Assembly: GCF_044324875.1 (NCBI RefSeq)
Contig: NZ_CP172185.1
From: Escherichia coli
Lineage (GTDB): Bacteria; Pseudomonadota; Gammaproteobacteria; Enterobacterales; Enterobacteriaceae
DNA: 64,000 nucleotides
Strand: one strand, 5' to 3'
The position numbers were made by a program, and so were the translations under genes. Within the stretch, counting starts at the first letter, position 1. Each line of letters begins with the position of its first letter. Of the stretch, positions 1 to 11,032 are shown in pieces. Below the pieces are notes generated by a model that saw only the letters and a list, made by a program, of their open reading frames with translations, was not told the DNA's origin and ran no database searches.

Positions 1-1075
1 TATCTTTGCCGTTGTCGTAGTCGTGGAAGGCCAGCAGATATTCCACCTGCGCCTGCTGGGTGAACTTATGGCTGCCCTCGAAGCTAGCGTAGACCGTGGT
101 CAGGTCGTCGGTTTTGTTGTAGACGCTGTTATCCGAGTTATCGGAGTAGCGCAGGATCACCTTGTTCACCCCTCTGTCGTTGGTGTGGCTCAGCACCAGG
201 CCGCCCTGCCAGGCTTCGAGACGCGCGTCGCTGTCCACCGCCTTCGAGTCAAAGCCGTAGTTGGCGTACACCTCGACGTCGATCGGCCCGGCCTTGATGT
301 TGTGGGTTTTGGTGGTCAGCGCGTAGTGGCCGTTGTCCCCGGTGTCGGAGCTGCCGGTACAGGTGATACGCGACGGGTTGGTCTCGTCGGCCATCACTTC
401 CGGGCTACAGGATTTCACCTGCGACACCGCCGCCACGTCGAACTGCACGCCGCCGATATCAAAGTTCTTCACCCCGGCGCCCTGGCCGTCGTGGTTCATC
501 CAGAAGTAGTCGTTGATCCCCTGTTGCGGACGCTGGTGGAAGTCGCGGCCGGCCCAGATATAGGCGTTGGGATTGGATTCCAGCACGTTGGTGACGCCGA
601 CGTAGGCCTTCTTCAGGTTAACCTCGTCGCTCCAGTGGTCGAACATGACGTTGAGATCCCAGATAGCCCCCTGCGCGCTTTTGAAGGCTTTGCTGATCTG
701 GAATTCGCCGCCGTTGCTTTCGTTGCCCAGACGGCCGATCGCCGAGGCGCCGTTATAGGAGCCGTCGACGCCGACATATTTCTGGTCGCCGGTCTGGAAA
801 TGGGCGCCATAGCGGGCATAGCCGCTGAACTTGAGGCCGAACGGAATGGCCATATCCGGCGAGGCGGCGGTGGTCTGTGGGTTGGTAATGACGTCGACCT
901 TTTTGTCGGCCGCGGCGTCAATTTTCGCCTGGCGGTCGGCCAGCGCTTTATCAACGGCTTTGGCGACGATGGCGTCGATCTGTTCCTGAGTAAATTCTTG
1001 CGCCATTACAGAGGTAAGCGGAAAAAACGCGGCGATAACCGCCATGGTTAATGGAAGTTTTTTTATCATTGTCAT
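1..1075 (-). CDS. LamB/maltoporin-family carbohydrate porin, 5' portion (3' end lies left of the window)
   Basis: Absent from the ORF track because it is open at the window edge. Manual minus-strand translation from ATG at 1075 gives MTMIKKLPLTMAVIAAFFPLTSVMAQEF (signal peptide). Further in come FSGYARYG and YIWAGRDFHQR..DYFWMNHDGQGAGVKNFDIGG, which parallel LamB HGYARSG and IWAGKRFYQR..DFYYWDISGPGAG. The 342-aa + ORF 23..1051 is its antisense shadow. Confidence 0.8.
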   Translation of the reverse strand, partial: MTMIKKLPLTMAVIAAFFPLTSVMAQEFTQEQIDAIVAKAVDKALADRQAKIDAAADKKVDVITNPQTTAASPDMAIPFGLKFSGYARYGAHFQTGDQKYVGVDGSYNGASAIGRLGNESNGGEFQISKAFKSAQGAIWDLNVMFDHWSDEVNLKKAYVGVTNVLESNPNAYIWAGRDFHQRPQQGINDYFWMNHDGQGAGVKNFDIGGVQFDVAAVSQVKSCSPEVMADETNPSRITCTGSSDTGDNGHYALTTKTHNIKAGPIDVEVYANYGFDSKAVDSDARLEAWQGGLVLSHTNDRGVNKVILRYSDNSDNSVYNKTDDLTTVYASFEGSHKFTQQAQVEYLLAFHDYDNGKD

Positions 1076-1405
1076 GAGTTTCTCAATATAGGTTAATTTT
1101 ATTCAGACAATAACCAGCCTATTCTGAGCTGACAGAATATGTCGCTATCATCAGAACAAGTTATTTTTTATTTTGTACGGTCACAGAGGCATTACACAAT
1201 TATCGCTACTCGCCCTCCCTCACTGATATTAAAAAGGTGGCACAATGGCAGAACCATCCGCGCGGCGGATTGTTCCTCTATAGACAGTCAAACAGATAGC
1301 CTTTCGGCACAGACAGCATAAATACAACACGAACAAATAAACGCTATTTCCCGGCAGCGGGCACACGGCGGAATACATGCCCCCGCAGGGGCATGTCAGC
1401 CAAAT

Positions 1406-2725
<1,320 letters not shown>

Positions 2726-3136
2726 GATGAACTCCGAAATTGAGGAAGCCGAAAATTAACAACTGTGACACATCGTGTATTCTCATCGTCGGTTGCTCAA
2801 TTACGTTATTTCACTCAGCGATTGAGAAAATGCTCAAATGTGAGCCATCTCGCAAATAAAACTATTTTAAATATCTCGCTTCGCGCGCGTATAGAGTACA
2901 CTTCCTGGGGAATTCAGGTGGGCATAGCGAATTAAAATGCCGGTTTTGTCACATTGCCTGTCTGCCAAAAAATTAGCGGCGGATGGCGGCTCAACGCAAG
3001 TGATACAGGCCTTTGCTTCGAGGATCACAGAAGTAAAAAAACATAATTACTTAATTTAAAAACGTAATAGATTCTTCCATGTCAACTGTGTCAGAAAGTG
3101 TTTCACCTACACAAAACAAACCGGAGTCTGCTTAGA

Positions 3137-4591
3137 ATGAGTAAAAACATAATGCACAGTCGGCATGATGAATATCATAAATTAACCCGTGGAGAACGAA
3201 TTGGTTATGGCATGGGCGACTTTGCGCAAAACCTGGTTTTCGGCACAATTGGGGGTTTTCTGGCTTTGCATATGCTGACGGTAAATACCATCAGCACGGC
3301 AACGGCAGGCTTTATTTTTCTTTTTGTCCGCATAATTAACGTGTTTTGGGATCCGATGGTCGGCACCTACGTGGATAAACGAACCTCGAAGGCAGGGAAA
3401 TATCGTCCGTGGCTGTTACGAGCCGGCGTGCCGCTGGTGATCCTCTCGGCATTACTGTTCGCGCCCATCCCCGGAGTGAAAGGTTCGGTGGCTTTCGCCT
3501 TTATTATTTATCTGGCGCTGGACCTGGTTTATTCCTTAGTCAATATTCCCTATGGCTCGCTGAATGCGTCGCTGACCCGCGACCCGGAATCGATCGATAA
3601 ACTGACCAGTACCCGCATGATGCTGGCCAACAGCGCCAACCTGCTGGTCTATACCCTGTTCCCGATGTTTGTGCAGATGGCGGCGCCGAAAGATCGCAGC
3701 CTGAAAGACACCGGCTTTTTTGGCCTTGAGCTGAATATGGGGAATTATGCCGATCCGTCGGCAAATTACGCCTGGTTTGGCGTGTACGCCATCTATATGA
3801 TCATCGGCGCGGTGGCTCTGTTTATCTGTTATAAATTCACCAAAGAACGCGTTGTCGCGACCGCCGAGCAGACCGCCAACGTCAAAACCACCGACCTTTT
3901 CCACGAGCTCCGACATAACCGCCCGCTGGTTATTCTGGGCATGTTCTTTATGCTGGCCTTTACCTTCATGTTCTTCATGAACACTGTTAACGGCTTCTTC
4001 AACCAGTACGTCGTCGGCCACTCCGAATGGATGGGCGCGGTGGGTCTCGTCGCGTCTATTCCCGGCATCGCCTTCCCGATTTTCTGGCCGAAACTGAAAA
4101 AAATCTTTGGTAAAAAAGGCTTCTTCCATCTGTTCCTCGCCATGTTTATCGTCGGCGAACTGCTGACCTACGTCTGGTCCCGCGAAGGGATGCACGACGC
4201 CCTGTGGCTGGCCTACATCGCCACCTTTATTAAACAGTGGGGCTTAACCTCCGCCACCGGCTTTATGTGGGCGCTGGTACCGGAAGTCATCGCGTACGGC
4301 GAATTAAAATCTGGCAAACGCAATGCCGCCATTATCAATGCCATTATGGGACTCTTCTTCAAGATCGGCTTCACCATCGGCGGCGCGATCCCGCTGTGGC
4401 TGCTGGCGGTGTATGGCTTTAATGAAAGCGGCGCCGTGCAGAGCGCCAGCGCCATCGACGGGATCATTATGACCGCGGTGTGGATCCCGATCGCGCTGGC
4501 CGCTATTTCGATGGTGATTATCCAGGTTTATCCGATCTCCGATAAACATGTTACCGACATCAACCGTCAGCTGGATGAGATCCGCGTGTAG
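3137..4591 (+). CDS. GPH (MelB/YicJ/XynT-type) glycoside-pentoside:cation symporter, probably a xyloside transporter
   Basis: ORF 3098..4591, with the start moved to ATG 3137 (GGAG about 10 nt upstream). It is a polytopic membrane protein with a GYGMGDF N-terminal motif. It sits directly upstream of a GH43 xylosidase. Confidence 0.85.
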   Translation: MSKNIMHSRHDEYHKLTRGERIGYGMGDFAQNLVFGTIGGFLALHMLTVNTISTATAGFIFLFVRIINVFWDPMVGTYVDKRTSKAGKYRPWLLRAGVPLVILSALLFAPIPGVKGSVAFAFIIYLALDLVYSLVNIPYGSLNASLTRDPESIDKLTSTRMMLANSANLLVYTLFPMFVQMAAPKDRSLKDTGFFGLELNMGNYADPSANYAWFGVYAIYMIIGAVALFICYKFTKERVVATAEQTANVKTTDLFHELRHNRPLVILGMFFMLAFTFMFFMNTVNGFFNQYVVGHSEWMGAVGLVASIPGIAFPIFWPKLKKIFGKKGFFHLFLAMFIVGELLTYVWSREGMHDALWLAYIATFIKQWGLTSATGFMWALVPEVIAYGELKSGKRNAAIINAIMGLFFKIGFTIGGAIPLWLLAVYGFNESGAVQSASAIDGIIMTAVWIPIALAAISMVIIQVYPISDKHVTDINRQLDEIRV

Positions 4592-4649
4592 TTAAAAAAA
4601 TTATAAATCAGACCGATTCGTCACTTTCCATTTTAAAAGGTGTAATGAA

Positions 4650-6329
4650 ATGTCACTTATTCAAAACCCGATATTACGCGGCTTTAATGCCGACCCCAGT
4701 ATTATTCGCGTCGAGGATACGTACTATATTGCCAACTCGACGTTTGAGTGGTTTCCGGGCGTGCGTTTACATGAGTCGAAAGACCTGAAAAACTGGAACC
4801 TGCTGCCTTCGCCGCTCTCCACCACCACCCTGCTGGACATGAAGGGCAACCCCTCCTCCGGCGGCATTTGGGCGCCGGCGCTCTCCTGGGCCGACGGGCA
4901 ATTCTGGTTGGTGTATACCGATGTGAAGGTCACCGAAGGCGCCTTCAAAGACATGACCAACTACCTGACCACCGCGAAGGATATTCGGGGCCCGTGGAGC
5001 GACCCGATCAAGCTGAACGGAGTCGGGTTTGACGCCTCGCTGTTCCATGACGACGATGGCCGGAAATATATCGTCCAGCAAACCTGGGATCACCGGGAGT
5101 ACCATCACCCCTTCGATGGCATTACCTTAACGGAGCTGGATACCAACACGCTGAAGTTAATGCCGGAAACCGCGCGCACCATCTACCGCGGCACCGCCGT
5201 AGCGCTGGTCGAGGGGCCGCACCTCTATAAACTGAACGGCTACTACTACCTGTTTGCCGCCCAGGGCGGCACCGTGTTTACCCACCAGGAGGTGGTGGCG
5301 CGGTCGAAAACCCTCGAGGCCGACAGCTTTGAAACCGAGCCGGGCGACGTGTTCTTAACCAACGTCGACACCCCGGACAGCTACATCCAGAAACAGGGCC
5401 ATGGCGCGCTGGTCTCCACCCCGGAAGGCGAATGGTATTACGCCTCGCTCTGCGCCCGGCCGTGGAATCGCCCGGGGGAATCCATCTACGACCCGCGCGG
5501 CTGGTCAACCCTCGGCCGGGAAACCGCGATCCAGAAAGTGTACTGGGATGACGAGGGCTGGCCGCGTATTGAAGGCGGTCACGGCGGGAAAACCTTCGTC
5601 GAAGGACCGAAAGACGCCATCTTCACCGAAAGCGCCAGCGATAATAGCCAGCAGGATGACTTTACGTCGCCAGCCCTCGACCCGAACTGGAATACCCTGC
5701 GGGTGCCGTTTACGGCCAAAATGGGCACCACCGGTAACGGCAAATTAACCTTAATCGGCCAGGGCTCGTTAGCCAATACGCATGATCTGTCGCTGATTGC
5801 CCGCCGCTGGCAGGCCTTCTATTTTGACGCCGCGGTGAAGGTGAAATTCGAGCCCTTCAGCTACCAGCAGATGGCCGGGTTAACGAATTACTATAACGAC
5901 CGCCACTGGAGCTTCGTCTTCCTGACCTGGAATGAAATTAACGGCAAGGTCATCGAAGTCGGCGAAAATAACCGCGGGAAATACACGTCGTACCTGAAAG
6001 ATAACGCCATCAAGGTGCCGGACGGCGTGGAATACGTCTGGTTCCGGACCAAAGTCCGCAAGCAGACCTACAGCTATGAATACAGCTTCGATGGCGTGAC
6101 GTTCACCGAGATCCCGGTCCAGCTGGATGCCGCGGTGCTGTCCGATGACTATGTGTTGCAGAGCTACGGCGGGTTCTTTACCGGGGCGTTCGTCGGCCTG
6201 GCGGCGGTAGACTACGCCGGGTACGGCACCCAGGCTGAGTTTTATCAGTTCGAGTATCAGGAGCTGGGCGATAGCTTAGCGGCCGATGGCAGCTACAGCT
6301 GGGAGGCTGGCGAGACGCGGGATAAGTAA
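4650..6329 (+). CDS. GH43 beta-xylosidase (XynB/YagH-like)
   Basis: 559-aa ORF. The N-terminus NPILRGFNADPSIIRVEDTYYIANSTFEWFPGV is typical of GH43 beta-xylosidases. A C-terminal beta-sandwich-length extension is present. Confidence 0.9.
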   Translation: MSLIQNPILRGFNADPSIIRVEDTYYIANSTFEWFPGVRLHESKDLKNWNLLPSPLSTTTLLDMKGNPSSGGIWAPALSWADGQFWLVYTDVKVTEGAFKDMTNYLTTAKDIRGPWSDPIKLNGVGFDASLFHDDDGRKYIVQQTWDHREYHHPFDGITLTELDTNTLKLMPETARTIYRGTAVALVEGPHLYKLNGYYYLFAAQGGTVFTHQEVVARSKTLEADSFETEPGDVFLTNVDTPDSYIQKQGHGALVSTPEGEWYYASLCARPWNRPGESIYDPRGWSTLGRETAIQKVYWDDEGWPRIEGGHGGKTFVEGPKDAIFTESASDNSQQDDFTSPALDPNWNTLRVPFTAKMGTTGNGKLTLIGQGSLANTHDLSLIARRWQAFYFDAAVKVKFEPFSYQQMAGLTNYYNDRHWSFVFLTWNEINGKVIEVGENNRGKYTSYLKDNAIKVPDGVEYVWFRTKVRKQTYSYEYSFDGVTFTEIPVQLDAAVLSDDYVLQSYGGFFTGAFVGLAAVDYAGYGTQAEFYQFEYQELGDSLAADGSYSWEAGETRDK

Positions 6330-6340
6330 AAGAGAGTGGG

Positions 6341-6375
6341 CCCACGCTACCGGTAAGGTAGCGTGGGGTTTGTGG
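6341..6375 (+). terminator. hairpin after the xylosidase gene
   Basis: cccacgctacc-ggtaa-ggtagcgtggg (11-bp stem), followed by gtttgtgg, starting 12 nt after the stop codon. Confidence 0.5.
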
Positions 6376-6411
6376 TGTGTTTGATGTAATTAAAGCGAGC
6401 GCTGTCGGATG

Positions 6412-7050
6412 TCAGTCTGTGGGGCGCAGCCGGGCCTTCAGCTCTTCGGGGGTAAACGGCGGATCTCGCCGGTGCAGCATCGCATGGCAGTTGGGACATA
6501 CCGGGATCAGATCGGTTTCAGGGTTCAGGCGGTAGTCCTGCTTTATCCCGGCCAGCGGGATGAGATGGTGGATATGGATAAAGCCCTGGCCGATATCGCC
6601 ATAGCGGCTGGCCATATCCAGACCGCATACCTGACACTGGCAGCCATGCAGGCGAAGCGCCGCCTGACGAGCCTGACGGTCGCGCTCATAGCGATTGACC
6701 ACCACCTGCAACGCCGCCCCTTCCACGTACTCCATGGTCGTCTGCCCCTCATCGGGGAAAAGCGCAACCTCGTCATCGCCAGCGCCCTGCGACGCGATCG
6801 TAAATCCTTGCTCCAGTAACAGACGCACGCATTTTGATTTAATCCCCCCGCTGAAATCCGCCGGGGTAAATTCCGTTCCCGTCGCAAGCGTGGCCGCTAA
6901 CCCGACGATGGCTTTTGAAGGATACCGACGCCCCTCAAACTCGATCTCATACAGACGCGCGCTTTTAAACTGATGCGCAACGCCTGCATCGTAAGCGCGA
7001 ATGGCGGCGATGATGCATTCCCTGGATAAATGGTCCGGTAGTTTTTTCAT
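6412..7050 (-). CDS. HNH endonuclease with an uncharacterised ~110-aa N-terminal domain (McrA/COG3183-like; candidate modification-dependent nuclease)
   Basis: 212-aa ORF. The C-terminus reads HGCQCQVCG..GFIHIHHLIPLAG..NPETDLIPVCPNCHAMLH (HNH with Cys pairs). The N-terminal domain carries YPSKAIVGLA..FSGG. Confidence 0.8.
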   Translation of the reverse strand: MKKLPDHLSRECIIAAIRAYDAGVAHQFKSARLYEIEFEGRRYPSKAIVGLAATLATGTEFTPADFSGGIKSKCVRLLLEQGFTIASQGAGDDEVALFPDEGQTTMEYVEGAALQVVVNRYERDRQARQAALRLHGCQCQVCGLDMASRYGDIGQGFIHIHHLIPLAGIKQDYRLNPETDLIPVCPNCHAMLHRRDPPFTPEELKARLRPTD

Positions 7051-7229
7051 AAGACATAGCTATCTGATGGCGCGAAGCTTGAGTATAAATAGAAAGCTAT
7101 GGTCTTTTCGAACAAATAACTGGCAGTGATAATTAAATCGCGATCCACGTAGAATCGCCGCATCTGGTAGGTTGATCGGCAAGGATTTTGCGAGCATCAT
7201 CGCATTTATTTAGCTGCCAATGTAACGCT

Positions 7230-8099
7230 ATGCCCTCCAGCACGACCCTGCAACACGCGATCGAGAACATCACCATCTGGCGCAAAGGCGAACAGCGTGC
7301 GCCGCATAAACCACTATTGCTGCTGTACGTCCTCTCGCAATACCAGCGCGGCCATGCGCGGATGTTCGACTACGCCTCGGAGATACGTGATGAGCTGCAT
7401 AGCCTGCTGGAACGCTTTGGCCCGCAGCGCCGCCAGTACCGGCCGGACATGCCCTTCTGGCGCCTGAAAGGCGACGGCTTCTGGGAGCTACACAACAGCG
7501 AACAGTGCTCAACCCAGGGCAGCCGACAGCCGCCCGGCAAAGAGCTGGAGCTCTGCCACGTCGCCGGCGGCTTTGATGAGCAGCATTTTGCGTTACTTAA
7601 CAGAAATAAGAAGCTGATCAATACCCTCGCCCATCAGATCCTCGAGGCGCACTTTCCGGAGAGTATTCAGGAAGAACTGGCTGAAGAGATGGGGTTTGAT
7701 CTGCTGCAGATCCGCAAAGAGCGCGACCCGCATTTTCGCCAGCAGGTGCTGCGCGCCTATAACTATGAGTGCGCTATCTGCGGCTTCAATATGCGCCATG
7801 ATAATACCTCCGTCGCCCTGGAAGCGGCCCATATCAAGTGGAAGCAGCACGGCGGCCCCTGCGAAATCCCTAACGGCCTGGCGCTCTGCGCGATTCACCA
7901 TAAGGCTTTTGATAAAGGATCCATTGGTCTGGATGAGGATATGCGCATCCAGGTTTCGCCGGCGGTGAACGGCGGAGGCATCGTTGGCAGGTTGTTCTGG
8001 GATTTTGATGGTAAGCCGATTACCTTGCCGATGGGGAAAGAATGCTATCCCCAGGAGGGGTTTGTGGCGTGGCACCGGCGGGAGGTGTTCAGGGGATGA
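7230..8099 (+). CDS. HNH (HNH_2-type) restriction endonuclease; the N-terminal domain resembles the sulfur-binding (phosphorothioate-DNA reader) domain of ScoMcrA/SprMcrA-type enzymes
   Basis: ORF 7188..8099, with the start moved to ATG 7230. The N-terminus has WRKGEQRAPHKPLLLLYVL and MPFWRLKGDGFWEL. The C-terminus has YECAICGF..EAAHIKWKQHGG..NGLALCAIHHKAFDKG. The HNH call is firm. The phosphorothioate-reader assignment is from memory only. Confidence 0.75.
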   Translation: MPSSTTLQHAIENITIWRKGEQRAPHKPLLLLYVLSQYQRGHARMFDYASEIRDELHSLLERFGPQRRQYRPDMPFWRLKGDGFWELHNSEQCSTQGSRQPPGKELELCHVAGGFDEQHFALLNRNKKLINTLAHQILEAHFPESIQEELAEEMGFDLLQIRKERDPHFRQQVLRAYNYECAICGFNMRHDNTSVALEAAHIKWKQHGGPCEIPNGLALCAIHHKAFDKGSIGLDEDMRIQVSPAVNGGGIVGRLFWDFDGKPITLPMGKECYPQEGFVAWHRREVFRG

Positions 8100-8499
8100 G
8101 GGGGATGGTGATAAGCGGGTTTCGATGTTGAGCGTAGGGTTTAGGGATTGGGACTGTGTTTCGGAGAGGATTTCGTGGTTGATCAATGATTGGTCGTGGC
8201 TAGGTTAAAGGACTTATTTATTGATTGTTTTGATATTGATGCGAAGGCCTGACTCAAACATGCGATTTAACCTCATGATTTAAAATTGTTAATAATAAAC
8301 AACACCATCCTATACCAACACAGATACCAACACGAAAAATCACTGGTTTTCGGCATCGAACCAGGACAATCAGGTCCTGATTGAGATACCGAGCTCTGTT
8401 ACTCGTCATCTGCCTCGACAGGCTCCATTGCATCAAGTGGTACTCGCACCATCGCGATAGATCCAATCCGGATAAAAGCATCTTCCCCATCTATATCGG

Positions 8500-8658
8500 T
8501 TAACTGATATCGCTCACTTGATGCCGGATAATTGTGTCGATTGGCAACAGTGTACTCTTTCGTACAGCCAGAATGTGGCAGACTGAGGTGGAATAGATAA
8601 CGTCCGTATGCCCGCTGACCACCTCCGGGCGGGAGAGTGTGGTATCTGACATCATCAT
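8500..8658 (-). pseudogene. 5' fragment of a DUF4942-family gene (relic of a second CP4-type island end)
   Basis: Manual translation gives MMMSDTTLSRPEVVSGHTDVIYSTSVCHILAVRKSTLLPIDTIIRHQVSDIS*. This parallels the N-terminus of the DUF4942 gene at 46983 (..NAVNGHTAVICSTSIRHILAVRKSTLLQIDTLIRQLTEIS..). Confidence 0.7.
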
Positions 8659-8727
8659 TTTTCCTTTTGGTTTATAAACGAAAACGCCAGCCGTATTCAG
8701 GCTGGCGTCAGGGTAATGAAGCGTGGT

Positions 8728-8822
8728 GAGTGATATTCACCGGTTCTGGTGCAGAAGCTGCAGATGACGCAGGGTACGGACATCCTCTCTGGCCTGTTCG
8801 ATACAGGGCAACAGTGCTGCCG
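8728..8822 (-). pseudogene. 3' fragment of a yeeW/DUF5983-like gene plus its hairpin
   Basis: The minus strand reads ..[28 protein letters not shown]. It is followed by hairpin acgccagcc..ggctggcgt (8684-8708) and is near-identical in layout to 46810-46950. Confidence 0.65.
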
Positions 8823-9301
8823 ATGTCAGTAGGCTATTTCCGGTTGATATACCCTGCCCGTAAATTACAGGGCAGGAATAGTATTATTAATTTCGGGAGA
8901 AGCTTAAGGTTGCCACATCGACAGTTTCATCACACAGGTTTTTGTCCTGAAATACTTTCTTATTTTTGACTTTAGCTAGCCATTGCCCGACATGAAGGGA
9001 GGGTACAGTGATGATACCGTCCTCATTACTTACAAAGGTAAGTTCTGCTTTATGAGCCGAATGTTTATGCTCTGCCGCATGAGTATGGCGGGATGATTTC
9101 AGATAACTGACAGAGTCAAGCTCCAGAGTGGCTCCGGCAAGCGGGGAAGTTTTATACAGAACTTTCAGCTTCACATCTTCACCGAAACGACTGATATCGG
9201 ATAACGGAATTAGACTGGCCCCCTGAATCTCCAGACAACCAGTATCACTTAAATAAGTGATAGTCTTAATACTAGTTTTTAGACTAGTCATTGGAGAACA
9301 G

Positions 9302-9667
9302 ATGATTGATGTCTTAGGGCCGGAGAAACGCAGACGGCGTACCACACAGGAAAAGATCGCAATTGTTCAGCAGAGCTTTGAACCGGGGATGACGGTCTCC
9401 CTCGTTGCCCGGCAACATGGTGTAGCAGCCAGCCAGTTATTTCTCTGGCGTAAGCAATACCAGGAAGGAAGTCTTACTGCTGTCGCCGCCGGAGAACAGG
9501 TTGTTCCTGCCTCTGAACTTGCTGCCGCCATGAAGCAGATTAAAGAACTCCAGCGCCTGCTCGGCAAGAAAACGATGGAAAATGAACTCCTCAAAGAAGC
9601 CGTTGAATATGGACGGGCAAAAAAGTGGATAGCGCACGCGCCCTTATTGCCCGGGGATGGGGAGTAA
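9302..9667 (+). CDS. insC: IS2 OrfA (InsC)
   Basis: [56 protein letters not shown].., 121 aa. Confidence 0.95.
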
Positions 9668-10530
9668 GCTTAGTCAGCCGTTGTCTCCGGGTGTCGCGTG
9701 CGCAGTTGCACGTCATTCTCAGACGAACCGATGACTGGATGGATGGCCGCCGCAGTCGTCACACTGATGATACGGATGTGCTTCTCCGTATACACCATGT
9801 TATCGGAGAGCTGCCAACGTATGGTTATCGTCGGGTATGGGCGCTGCTTCGCAGACAGGCAGAACTTGATGGTATGCCTGCGATCAATGCCAAACGTGTT
9901 TACCGGATCATGCGCCAGAATGCGCTGTTGCTTGAGCGAAAACCTGCTGTACCGCCATCGAAACGGGCACATACAGGCAGAGTGGCTGTGAAAGAAAGTA
10001 ATCAGCGATGGTGCTCTGACGGGTTCGAGTTCCGCTGTGATAACGGAGAAAAACTGCGAGTCACGTTCGCGCTGGACTGCTGTGACCGTGAGGCACTGCA
10101 CTGGGCGGTCACTACGGGCGGCTTCAACAGTGAAACAGTACAGGACGTCATGCTGGGAGCGGTGGAACGCCGCTTCGGCAACGAGCTTCCGGCGTCTCCA
10201 GTAGAGTGGCTGACGGATAATGGTTCATGCTACCGGGCTAATGAAACACGGCAGTTTGCCCGGATGTTGGGGCTTGAACCGAAGAGCACGGCGGTGCGGA
10301 GTCCGGAGAGTAACGGCATAGCAGAGAGCTTCGTGAAAACGATAAAGCGTGACTACATCAGTGTCATGCCCAAACCAGACGGGTTAACGGCAGCAAAGAA
10401 CCTTGCAGAGGCGTTCGAGCATTATAACGAATGGCATCCGCATAGTGCACTGGGTTATCGCTCGCCACGGGAATATCTACGGCAGCAAGCCAGTAATGGG
10501 TTAAGTGATAACAGGTGTCTGGAAATATAG
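9625..10530 (+). CDS. insD: IS2 OrfB (InsD) DDE transposase, normally made as an OrfAB frameshift fusion
   Basis: 301-aa ORF overlapping insC in the -1 frame. It contains ..[42 protein letters not shown]... Confidence 0.95.
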
Positions 10531-11032
10531 GGGCAAATCCAGGAATGATTTCAAGCTCATCCCCTATTGGATACTGATAGAGTTGTGCTGGCATCTGCTG
10601 TTCACCAGGAATAAAAGATTTTGCATATTTAGTCACAAACTCACAGTATGCCACATCATTTCTGCCCTCCCGGCTGACAGGCTTCCATCCTGACGAGGTT
10701 CTCGACCAGTATCCCGGTTTCATTTTCGTTGACAGAACGTAGCTATTACCGTTGCCTGCAGTCTCAATTTTATAGACATAATCCGTGGATGTTGGCTTCA
10801 GCGTTATTGTCTCTTTCCCGTTATAAAGCCGGGGAGTTTCAAAGAAATCCCTTCTGTCAGGAATCGTGCCCTTTGAGGGGAAATTATGACCATAACCAAT
10901 CTCTGCGATAACGTTGTTCTCTGCCTGTTTGCCGGTAATCCAGACATCATGGGCCAGGACATGCCCCGATGCTGTCAGACAAAGAGCTAAGATATAGCCT
11001 GTATTTTTCATCATGATTTATTTCCTGAGAGG

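Larger units (their letters stand above)
9211..10541 (+). mobile_element. IS2 (IS3 family), complete 1331-bp copy
   Basis: Ends are TAGACTGGCCCCCTGAATCTCCAGACAACC and GGAAATATAGGGGCAAATCCA. It is flanked by the 5-bp direct repeat GGAAT (9206-9210 and 10542-10546). Confidence 0.95.
8887..11014 (-). pseudogene. DUF4198-family periplasmic protein gene, split by IS2
   Basis: The N-terminal part (11014..10542) has a signal peptide, MMKNTGYILALCLTASGHVLAHDVW. The C-terminal part is 9210..8887. Removing IS2 and one copy of the 5-bp duplication restores a 792-nt in-frame ORF that reads ..GDELEIIPLSDISRFGEDVKLK... Confidence 0.8.

Noticed and set aside
23-1051. 342-aa + strand ORF at the left edge
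   Set aside because: It has a low-complexity, Val/Gly/Ala/His-rich composition. It lies exactly antisense to a well-supported LamB-family porin gene, so it is a typical GC-rich shadow ORF.
3536-4195. 219-aa minus-strand ORF inside the GPH transporter gene
   Set aside because: It is an antisense shadow with a biased composition.
8254-8490. 78-aa minus ORF, and a tRNA-like-looking stretch (..ggttcgatgccgaaaacc.. on the minus strand, about 8340-8410)
   Set aside because: The ORF has no RBS or recognisable features and lies in a degraded junction region. The TTCGA-containing stretch cannot be folded into a T-arm or acceptor stem, and its putative anticodon stem has a 3-nt loop. It is neither a tRNA nor an att repeat.
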